64,000 bases of DNA from Escherichia phage BME3, in the sequence record PP239276.1; one strand, 5' to 3'. The notes beneath the pieces were generated by a model that saw only the letters and a list, made by a program, of their open reading frames with translations, was not told the origin of the DNA and ran no database searches. Positions 45,535 to 53,735 of this stretch are shown here, one piece after another. A program made the position numbers and the translations under genes. Numbering within the stretch: the first letter of the stretch is position 1; each line of letters opens with the position of its first letter.

Positions 45535-47307
45535 GTGTCTTATGTTGTAAATAAATATGGGTATAACATTGATCTAAGTCAAGAAGGACATACTGGGTGT
45601 CCTCGTTGTATGAAAGGAGGGCGTGATCGATCACAAAACAATTTGATGGTATATGGCTTAGATGCCGATGAAGACCATCGAGGCGCACATTGTTTTTCTT
45701 GTGGCTTTACTATCCCTGATCAAAAATGGTTAAATGCACACGGCGAAGAAATTGAAGAGGAGGATATCTTGGGTAGTGAGTTTAATCCAGAAGTACATGA
45801 TAAACTAAAAGCCAGCACTGGGACTAATCCAAAAGGTTATCGCGGTATTCGTGAAGATATCTCTAAGCCTTTCGGTGTACGCTATATGTACGATGAAGCT
45901 ACTGGCGAAGTAATTTCAACACTATACCCTACAACTAAAGATTACAATATTGCTGGGTATAAACAACGTATCGATCCAAAAGATTTTTCGCATCCTATCG
46001 GTGAAACAGGAAAGGATTGTGATCTTTTTGGGGAGTTTAAATATCGTAACCACAGCGGTACTATTCTAATCGTTGGTGGTGAACACGATATGCTGGCTGC
46101 AACACAGATGCTAAAAGATTATAACAAGGGTGGTAAATATCCTGTTCCTGCTGTAGTATCTGGTACTTGTGGCGAAACATCTCTGCATAAGCAGCTTCAA
46201 CATCGTTATAAATTCTTAGATCAATTTAAAAAGATTGTTCTGTGTATGGATAATGATGAAGCTGGACGTGCAGCAGTTGAGAAATGTGTTAAAATCTTAC
46301 CACGTAATAAAGTTTACGTGATGGAACTAACGGATGTTAAAGATCCTAACCAGGCACTAGTAGAAGGAAAAATTGATCACTTTCTTGATCGCTTTTTCAA
46401 AGCTAAACTGTACACACCTGCTGGTGTTTATGCTTCTAACGTACTGTATGAAGCAGCCTTGGAATGTCTGGAAGCTAAAATGATTACTCTTCCTCCATTC
46501 ATGCGTGTTGCTTCTAATATGTTAGGTGGAGGCTTGGTAGAAGAAGAAATTACTGTTATACTTGCAAAAACAAGTATTGGTAAGACACTGTTGGTTAACG
46601 AGATTACGAAACACATTATTCTTGCACACCCAGAACATACTCTTGGTATTTTATCTTTGGAGGCAACGTATAAGAAGTATTCTCGTAACTTACTGTCTTC
46701 ATTCTTGCACATCCCTCTTCACCGTAAAACAAAAGAAGAGAAGGAAAAGATTTTAAAAGATAATGAAGAAAAGATTCGTGATTTTTACGAACGGGAAGAT
46801 GGAACACCACGTTTCTATGTTTGTGATGATCGTGGAGCTAACGTAGATGTGATTAAAGAGAAGGTTCTGGAAATGATTATTTATTTCGGAGTAACCATTC
46901 TTGTTATCGACCCTTATTCTGACTTGCTTTCTGGTATGGACGTGTCACAACAAGAGGAACTTGCGACGTGGCTCAAACGCATTATGAAAGAGTACGCAAT
47001 CACCATTGTTGTAATTTCACACGTTAAAAAGTCTTCTAACAATAGTAATGAACATATTGTAGAAGATGATGCAATGGGTAGTAGCTTCCTTGCTAAAGGT
47101 GCTGGTATCACAATTGCGCTGGAGCGTGATAAACAAGCTGAAGATCCTATGGAACGTAACCGCACATATTGCTACATCCTAAAGAACCGTGAGTTCTCAG
47201 AGACTGGTGCAGCAGGTAGTTTCTTCTATGAGATTAAAACAGCGACACTTCACGATTACGATCAATACACAAGTAACCCAGAGAATATTCCTGATGGTTC
47301 TTATTAA
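45535..47307 (+). CDS. bifunctional DNA primase-helicase (T7 gp4-like)
   Basis: Zn-binding CPRC/CFSCG, TOPRIM (EHD, DNDEAG), DnaB-like Walker A KTSIGKT; GTG start with RBS aggaga. Confidence 0.8.
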   Translation: MSYVVNKYGYNIDLSQEGHTGCPRCMKGGRDRSQNNLMVYGLDADEDHRGAHCFSCGFTIPDQKWLNAHGEEIEEEDILGSEFNPEVHDKLKASTGTNPKGYRGIREDISKPFGVRYMYDEATGEVISTLYPTTKDYNIAGYKQRIDPKDFSHPIGETGKDCDLFGEFKYRNHSGTILIVGGEHDMLAATQMLKDYNKGGKYPVPAVVSGTCGETSLHKQLQHRYKFLDQFKKIVLCMDNDEAGRAAVEKCVKILPRNKVYVMELTDVKDPNQALVEGKIDHFLDRFFKAKLYTPAGVYASNVLYEAALECLEAKMITLPPFMRVASNMLGGGLVEEEITVILAKTSIGKTLLVNEITKHIILAHPEHTLGILSLEATYKKYSRNLLSSFLHIPLHRKTKEEKEKILKDNEEKIRDFYEREDGTPRFYVCDDRGANVDVIKEKVLEMIIYFGVTILVIDPYSDLLSGMDVSQQEELATWLKRIMKEYAITIVVISHVKKSSNNSNEHIVEDDAMGSSFLAKGAGITIALERDKQAEDPMERNRTYCYILKNREFSETGAAGSFFYEIKTATLHDYDQYTSNPENIPDGSY

Positions 47308-47317
47308 GGAGAGAAAT

Positions 47318-47713
47318 ATGAAAGACAACGAAAATATCCTCTATGGTGTAGCCCCTTCTGCGTTAGGGTATGATTATACAAAAACTGTTGCTAAGTTTAA
47401 ATTTCAAGATGGATCGGAGTTAGAACCATACGGTTATGCTTATGGTGAACATTTGTGGTTTGAGGATGGTTGTCTATACCTTCTCATTCAAACTACCAGT
47501 GGTTTTGTGGGAGAGCTTGTAGATCGTATGCTGAAAAATGTTAGTGATAAAGTTGTTCTTGATATCGCTAGTAAGGATGAAAACATTAATAACATTGTTT
47601 CCACTTTTAGTGGCTTAACAGGGACAGTTAAAATTGACCGTGTAGGCTTGAGAAATACCAATGGTGTCCCTAATTGCCTTATTAAAGTACAATTAAGTGC
47701 TGACAATAAATAA
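47318..47713 (+). CDS. hypothetical protein (131 aa)
   Basis: ORF track 47189..47713 trimmed to ATG 47318 with RBS aaggagag. Confidence 0.5.
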   Translation: MKDNENILYGVAPSALGYDYTKTVAKFKFQDGSELEPYGYAYGEHLWFEDGCLYLLIQTTSGFVGELVDRMLKNVSDKVVLDIASKDENINNIVSTFSGLTGTVKIDRVGLRNTNGVPNCLIKVQLSADNK

Positions 47714-47717
47714 CAAG

Positions 47718-47740
47718 AAGGGGCGAAAGCCCCTTTACAA
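47718..47740 (+). terminator. hairpin aaggggc-gaaa-gcccctt
   Basis: GC stem with GAAA loop; weak T tail. Confidence 0.4.
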
Positions 47741-47803
47741 AACAATTAATTTATGGTACAGTATTAACAAATTAAGACTTTAGAAATATTTTAAGGAGGG
47801 AGA

Positions 47804-50383
47804 ATGGGAGCTTTTACTTTCGACATTGAAAGTAACAACTTGCTTAATGACGAAAGTGTAGATTACTTGGCAAGTCCATATCGTTTAAAAGATAGTTTTG
47901 CAATGCACTGTATTGTGTGCGAAAGTCATGATACTGGAGAGATTATTGCTTTCCATGATGGTGATAAATATCTTTTCGATGGTCGTCCGTATGTTGAGAC
48001 TGACGGAAAGTATGAATACCGACTGGAGGAATATGAGCATTTAGAATATACCCATTTCCCTCTTAAAGATTTTCCTGATTTTGTAAATGGAACAGGTAAA
48101 TTTAAAGGTAATTCAAACTATAAAATTACCAAAGTAGTTGGACACAACATCATTAACTTCGACTTACTGGCAATTAAATTATTTTTTAAACTCAACTACA
48201 GTATTAAGTACAATACTTGGGGTAATAGTAACATTGAAATTTGTGATACTATGATCTTAAGTAAGACACTAAACCCTGATCGCTTCGGTGGTCATAGTCT
48301 GGCAGAGTTATCTAAGAAAGCTGGAGGGGATGTTAAAATTGATTTCAGAAAAAACATTCCTGAAACTGAAAGATTTAGAACATTTGCAGCAGATATGCTG
48401 TATTACTGTATTTACGATAACAAAGCTAACACCGCAGTGTTCCGTTATCTGATGGAAGAATGGGGTGATTATAGTAAGTGGTCTGAACCATTTAACTTAG
48501 AACAACGTGTAGCTGATATTATTACACGTCAAGAGCACCGTGGCTTTGCTTTCAATATGAAACAAGCAGAAGATAATATTCGTGATCTGGATGCTCGAAT
48601 GGAAGCATGTCGTTTAGAGGCAGAACCTGTACTACCTCCTAAACCTGCTACTAAAGGTTATTTGAAATCATTCATTCCACCTAAACTACAGTTTAAAAAG
48701 AATGGTGAACCTTCAAGTAACATGATAAAGTTTGCAGAGAAACATTCTGGTGAACTTGTACAAAAAGAAGATGGTTGGTGGTTATTTGCTTTAGGTAAAG
48801 AATTCAAACTCCCTATTCCAGCAGAAGAACCTATTTGTGATCCTACAGTACCTGCTACTTTAGACGACACTACACATATTAAAAACTGGTTAGTTGGTTT
48901 AGGTTGGAGTCCATCTGAATATAAAGATAAAGATATCACTCTTAAATCTGGCACTAAGATTAAGAAAGATGAAGCACAAATGGAGAAAGCTATTCGTGAC
49001 TATGTTGATCAAACATTAGCATCTAACTTCTGCCAGGATAGATGTGATCATCTGGAGTGCACACCAGAAACTTTGGAATGGAAACTAAGAGATCGTATTG
49101 CTAAAGCTAAAGGTCGTGGTGTTAAAGTGCTTACTAACCCTTCCTTTACAAAAGGGCAAGAGAAAGATATTTGTCCTAACTTGGAAGCACTAGGTGAAAA
49201 GTTTCCTTATGCTACGCAGATTGTGCAATATCTTACGTATAAACATCGTAGAAACTCTATTCTAGGTGGTGGTGCTGATTGGGAAGAAGATGAAGAGGAT
49301 TACGATAAAGGTTATCTGGCGGCAGTAAGGGCTGATGGTCGTATACCAACTCCTGCTGCAACGTGTGATGCAGCTACGTCTCGTATGAAACATAGGTTAG
49401 TAGCAAATATCCCACGTGTAACATCTCTGTACGGATATGAAATGCGTAACTTATTTGGTGTAGAAGTTCCAAAATACTTCCAGATTGGTTATGACTTCGA
49501 TTCTCTTGAAGCAAAAATAGAATCACACTACTGTTGGCGGTACGAGCAGGAGCCACACGAATATTGTAATGCTCTATTGTTGGAAAAACCTAATGATGTT
49601 CATACAATGATGGCTCGACGTATTTCTGACACTATTGGTCGTAAGTTTGAACGAAGCCCTGCTAAATCTGTTAAGTATGGTATTACCTATGGTGCTCAAG
49701 CTGCAAAAGTAGCAAAAACTATTGGTAGTGATATGTATACAGGACAGCTTGTATACGATGCTTTCTGGGAAGCTGCAAAACCTCTTGCGCTTCTTAAAGA
49801 ACGTCTGCATGATTTTTGGGTTAAAACAGGTAAGAAATACATTCTTGGTATTGATGGTAGAAAAGTACCTACACGATCTGCACACGCAATACTTAACTCT
49901 CTGTTCCAGAGTGGTGGTGTTATTTGTGCAAAAAGAGCAATGGTTATCTACGACGATCTTATCGAAGAAGAAGGATTAGCTGTTGACTTTTTTGTTGATG
50001 ACTGGAAAAATAAGTCATTCGTTCAACAAATGATTGCATATCACGATGAAGCACAGCTTGAAGTAACTCGTGATCTGGTGCATTTTAAATGGTTCTCTAA
50101 AGAATCTTTAGGTTGGACTCAAGTTGATGATCCAGAAGAACAAAAGAAAATTGATAAAGAATGTTTGGATAAAGTTAACGCCTGGAAAGAAGAGGAAGAG
50201 AAACGTACTGGCAAGATTTGGGCTAACGTACATGAATCTCCTAAAGGTGGTTGGTTTACAGCCTACAGTCGTGCTGGAGAATTAGCATCTATTGCTGTTA
50301 ATAAAGCTGGTGAGTATTACAATCTTAATGTACCTCTCACTGCTGGTTACGATGTTGGTAACTCATGGGCTAGTTGTCACTGA
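47804..50383 (+). CDS. family A DNA polymerase with 3'-5' exonuclease domain
   Basis: Exo I FTFDIESNNL, motif B KSVKYGITYGAQ, motif C IAYHDEAQLEV; RBS aaggaggg. Confidence 0.9.
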   Translation: MGAFTFDIESNNLLNDESVDYLASPYRLKDSFAMHCIVCESHDTGEIIAFHDGDKYLFDGRPYVETDGKYEYRLEEYEHLEYTHFPLKDFPDFVNGTGKFKGNSNYKITKVVGHNIINFDLLAIKLFFKLNYSIKYNTWGNSNIEICDTMILSKTLNPDRFGGHSLAELSKKAGGDVKIDFRKNIPETERFRTFAADMLYYCIYDNKANTAVFRYLMEEWGDYSKWSEPFNLEQRVADIITRQEHRGFAFNMKQAEDNIRDLDARMEACRLEAEPVLPPKPATKGYLKSFIPPKLQFKKNGEPSSNMIKFAEKHSGELVQKEDGWWLFALGKEFKLPIPAEEPICDPTVPATLDDTTHIKNWLVGLGWSPSEYKDKDITLKSGTKIKKDEAQMEKAIRDYVDQTLASNFCQDRCDHLECTPETLEWKLRDRIAKAKGRGVKVLTNPSFTKGQEKDICPNLEALGEKFPYATQIVQYLTYKHRRNSILGGGADWEEDEEDYDKGYLAAVRADGRIPTPAATCDAATSRMKHRLVANIPRVTSLYGYEMRNLFGVEVPKYFQIGYDFDSLEAKIESHYCWRYEQEPHEYCNALLLEKPNDVHTMMARRISDTIGRKFERSPAKSVKYGITYGAQAAKVAKTIGSDMYTGQLVYDAFWEAAKPLALLKERLHDFWVKTGKKYILGIDGRKVPTRSAHAILNSLFQSGGVICAKRAMVIYDDLIEEEGLAVDFFVDDWKNKSFVQQMIAYHDEAQLEVTRDLVHFKWFSKESLGWTQVDDPEEQKKIDKECLDKVNAWKEEEEKRTGKIWANVHESPKGGWFTAYSRAGELASIAVNKAGEYYNLNVPLTAGYDVGNSWASCH

Positions 50384-50520
50384 CATCTCTTTGATTTTAA
50401 AGGAGTTTTTATGTGGGACAATCTGTTATTGCCAAGGTTGTTCCACACTTTTAAACCATTTCATAATTAGATGTTTGAACATCTAGAATAACGCAAAGAC
50501 CATAAGAGATAGGAGAAAAT

Positions 50521-51114
50521 ATGAATATTGAAGATCAAAAAGTACGAGCTTTAGAAGTATTACGTATGTGCCAACTGGTAGATCCGTTTGCAATTGTAGC
50601 TGGCGGCGCTGTACGTGACTGGCGATTAGAGAAACCTGCGCAAGATATTGATATTTACTTGCGTATGCCTAACCACAATACACTCGTACTAGTAGAGAAA
50701 TTTTTGATGTTGGGTGTTGGTGCACGTAATGTTAAACAACTTACTAAGCAAACAGAACACACTTATGCCGAACTACCACATTTGAAATGGGTATTTGAAG
50801 CATACTATAAAGACCTTAAATTTAATTTTATGATCATGGAAGAGGGTGTACGCAGTGAAATCGTATGGAACTTTGACGTAGCTATTTGCCTGTGTTACTG
50901 GGATGGTCAAAATTATGTATATCATCCAGATTTTGAATTTGCACTGAAAACTAATATTTGTACTATTAATCACCGATACACAGGTAAAGAAGCACACGTC
51001 CGTAAAATGGCAGAACGTTTCCCTATGTTCCGCTTTGTAAAAGACGTTTTCATTCCCAAAGAACCCGAAGTACGTACACTGGATTCATTTAACAACGAAG
51101 AATTTAAGATTTAA
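50521..51114 (+). CDS. minimal nucleotidyltransferase of CCA-adding/poly(A) polymerase head-domain type
   Basis: VAGGAVRD followed by DIDIY, as in class II CCA-adding enzymes; only about 197 aa. Confidence 0.55.
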   Translation: MNIEDQKVRALEVLRMCQLVDPFAIVAGGAVRDWRLEKPAQDIDIYLRMPNHNTLVLVEKFLMLGVGARNVKQLTKQTEHTYAELPHLKWVFEAYYKDLKFNFMIMEEGVRSEIVWNFDVAICLCYWDGQNYVYHPDFEFALKTNICTINHRYTGKEAHVRKMAERFPMFRFVKDVFIPKEPEVRTLDSFNNEEFKI

Positions 51115-51157
51115 GTGTTGACAAACATTATAATTATGTGTTATTATGAGGACTTGA

Positions 51158-51556
51158 ATGACAGATAATCGTTCTAAAATCTTAGTCGAGACGTTCTATA
51201 GTAGAGAAACTAATCGTCTTGAGTTAACTAAAAAAGATGTTGAACCTCAAGATAATACCTTTTTTATTCAAATACTATGTCTCTTTGGTGGATACAACCG
51301 TTTAACAGTGAGAGTAGAAGACAAAGAGATATCTGAAACCACTATCACAAAACGTGAACTAATGCTATTACAGGACACAATACGAGATGTTTTGGATAAT
51401 CCTGGAAAAGCAAAAGTAATTAACCTTGGTGGAGAAAAGATACAAATTCTCCATTTTGAAAGTGGTGAAATAGGATTTGGTATTGGTCTTGGTAAATACC
51501 TGTTGGAAGAAACTGACGCTACTCTTTTACGAGAGTTTTGTGTTAAAGTAATGTAA
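51158..51556 (+). CDS. hypothetical protein (132 aa)
   Basis: ORF track. Confidence 0.55.
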   Translation: MTDNRSKILVETFYSRETNRLELTKKDVEPQDNTFFIQILCLFGGYNRLTVRVEDKEISETTITKRELMLLQDTIRDVLDNPGKAKVINLGGEKIQILHFESGEIGFGIGLGKYLLEETDATLLREFCVKVM

Positions 51557-51572
51557 TTATAGAGGAGAATTT

Positions 51573-52520
51573 ATGCCAGTAATTAATTCTGAAATCGACC
51601 GCCGTACTAAAAAAGAAGCATTCTGGGCTGAAGGTATTGTCGAATATGTCAAACTAGATAAGTTTGATGAAATGAAAGTCTCTTATATTAAGGTTGCAGG
51701 TCAACCAGATAAGAAAATTGAATCAACTCACAAAGCATCTCTGCTTATTAAAGAGAAAGGTGCTAGTGCTGATGATAAAGGTGTTTGGGTTAGCCTAGGT
51801 GAAGTTAAACTGCATCCAGAACATGAAAACCTGCAAGTTAAAGATGGTGACAAGTGGGTTACTATCGAAAAAGGTGTAGAACTAACTATGGATGTTAAAC
51901 CTTCTGAATGGAATGGCAAAACATACTACAATTCCTCTAAAGGTAAAATCACTATTCTTTCAACAGAAGGTGTTCAGCAAGCACAATCTTCTTCAAAAGG
52001 TGGAAATAAGCCATCTAATAACGAAGGTAGCAAGCCTAACTACAAAAAACGTGATACCGTAGGGATTGAAACAGGACACGCTGTAAATGGCGCTCTGGAG
52101 CTTCTACGTGCTGGTGTGAAAGGTGATGCTTTCGACTTGGCTGGTGTGGTACAATCTGCAACTGTTACTCTGAAAGCAGAAATTGCTAAAGATCGTGGTG
52201 TTGATGTGACTGATTATGATCTTGGTGCTTCAGTTGGACACGCAATTCTTAACGCTTGTCGTGATCATACAGGTAAGACTGTAACTGCAGAAGAGATTAT
52301 TGAAGCTGCTCGTGAAGTTCTTGCTTTGTCTGATAAAGTAGCTGCTGCTATCCGTGGAATGTCTACCCCAGTACAAGAAGTTAAGAAAGAAACTAAAAAA
52401 GTAGAGAAGAAAGAGCCAGCACCGAAAGAACCAGAACCTGTTGTTCAAGATTTCGATGATGATATCCCATTTGCTCCTATTGGTTTGCAGTATGGTCGAA
52501 ACTTCCTGCACTGTTTCTAA
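51573..52520 (+). CDS. single-stranded DNA-binding protein (putative)
   Basis: C-terminal tail DFDDDIPF mirrors bacterial SSB interaction tip; flexible G/S/K-rich linker; RBS agaggag. Confidence 0.55.
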   Translation: MPVINSEIDRRTKKEAFWAEGIVEYVKLDKFDEMKVSYIKVAGQPDKKIESTHKASLLIKEKGASADDKGVWVSLGEVKLHPEHENLQVKDGDKWVTIEKGVELTMDVKPSEWNGKTYYNSSKGKITILSTEGVQQAQSSSKGGNKPSNNEGSKPNYKKRDTVGIETGHAVNGALELLRAGVKGDAFDLAGVVQSATVTLKAEIAKDRGVDVTDYDLGASVGHAILNACRDHTGKTVTAEEIIEAAREVLALSDKVAAAIRGMSTPVQEVKKETKKVEKKEPAPKEPEPVVQDFDDDIPFAPIGLQYGRNFLHCF

Positions 52521-52542
52521 TAGTTAAATATTGTGTGAATAT

Positions 52543-52569
52543 AAGGAGCCTAACGGCTCCTTTTCTTTG
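52543..52569 (+). terminator. terminator aaggagcc-taac-ggctcctt plus T-tract
   Basis: Follows SSB stop. Confidence 0.55.
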
Positions 52570-52580
52570 AAGGAGATATA

Positions 52581-53312
52581 ATGAGCGAATTTGTAAACAA
52601 CACCGCATTAAACTACCTGCAAACCCTCGAAAGCAATAGTGTAGATTTGATTCTTACTGACCCACCATATGCTATTTCTCGTGACACAAATTTTCAGTCT
52701 GGAGAGCCTACTGGAAAAGATACGGATAGATTCCGTGTATCTTACAACTTTGGTGATTGGGATGTTGTAGATATTCCTTACTTTAAAGAAGTATTCAAAG
52801 AAGCCTACAGGGTGCTTAGAAAAGGTGGTACTTGCATAGTTTGGTATGATATCTGGAAGATCCAGGAGCTACGTGAAATCCTTGAACCGCTTGGTTTTCG
52901 TATGTTCCGTACTATTGAATGGATTAAAACAAACCCTGTACCCATCAACAGTGGTGTTAACTACCTTAGTAACGCTAAAGAAATGGCTATTGTTTGTGTT
53001 AAAGGTTCTAAGCCAACCTTCAATGCTTCCTACCATAAGGGTGTGTTTGAGTATCCTATCTATCAAGGAGCAGATCGTTTTCATCCAACACAAAAACACT
53101 TGACTTTGTTTTGTGACCTTATTAATATACACACCAACGAAGGAGATGTAGTCTTAGACTTCTTCTCTGGAAGTGCAACAACACAAGTTGCGGCACTTTT
53201 AACAGGTAGAGAATACTTAGGCTGCGAAGCCGATGTAAATATTTTTAAGCAAGCGGAGGAACGACTAAATGAGTACACTGAACAGCAAAATCACCCTGAA
53301 AGCACTGATTAA
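52581..53312 (+). CDS. beta-class DNA methyltransferase (N6-adenine or N4-cytosine), orphan
   Basis: Motif IV DPPY near N-terminus, motif I FFSGSATT near C-terminus; no adjacent restriction enzyme. Confidence 0.8.
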   Translation: MSEFVNNTALNYLQTLESNSVDLILTDPPYAISRDTNFQSGEPTGKDTDRFRVSYNFGDWDVVDIPYFKEVFKEAYRVLRKGGTCIVWYDIWKIQELREILEPLGFRMFRTIEWIKTNPVPINSGVNYLSNAKEMAIVCVKGSKPTFNASYHKGVFEYPIYQGADRFHPTQKHLTLFCDLINIHTNEGDVVLDFFSGSATTQVAALLTGREYLGCEADVNIFKQAEERLNEYTEQQNHPESTD

Positions 53313-53700
53313 CAATGGTATGAACCTGGACTCTGGTCTGTCTCCAAAGATTTCTATGGCACGACTGGAACAAGTTACTGGTCTTCGTCAAGTAAGTAAT
53401 GGCGGGAAGATTATTCGTGATGACGCTGTACCTTTTAATAAATTTCAGATTGAACGTCATTACGATCCTGTAACTGCAAGTCTCACTGGTGTAACTTTCT
53501 CAGGTTATCGTACTGCTGGATACCAACGTAAGGTTGTAGCTGAACGTATTAAGAGTCGCAAACAGAAAATTGCAACATTGAAGAAACTGGTAGAGAAAGA
53601 TGTTTCAGAACTTCTTAACCTGTATGAAACTCTTGAAACAAAAGGTGAAGATCATAAACTCTTTTCTAAAGAAGATGTAAGCGTAATTTTCACTGATTAA
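53269..53700 (+). CDS. hypothetical protein (143 aa)
   Basis: ORF track; RBS ggagga; overlaps MTase 3' end. Confidence 0.5.
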   Translation: MSTLNSKITLKALINNGMNLDSGLSPKISMARLEQVTGLRQVSNGGKIIRDDAVPFNKFQIERHYDPVTASLTGVTFSGYRTAGYQRKVVAERIKSRKQKIATLKKLVEKDVSELLNLYETLETKGEDHKLFSKEDVSVIFTD

Positions 53701-53708
53701 GATAAAAG

Positions 53709-53734
53709 AAAAGGAGCCTAATGGCTCCTTTTTT
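53709..53734. terminator. bidirectional terminator aaaaggagcc-taat-ggctcctttttt
   Basis: Sits between convergent genes 53269..53700 (+) and 53736..56555 (-). Confidence 0.65.
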
Positions 53735-53735
53735 A

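Noticed and set aside
47804-50383. Identity as phage T5
   Set aside because: Gene content is superficially T5-like (nrdDG, family A polymerase) but the early block lacks large pre-early genes and the overall order differs; not assignable to a known genus from sequence alone.
51128-51157. sigma70-like promoter TTGACA...TATTAT upstream of 51158
   Set aside because: The candidate -10 abuts the start codon, leaving no 5' UTR, and alternative -10 elements have wrong spacing.
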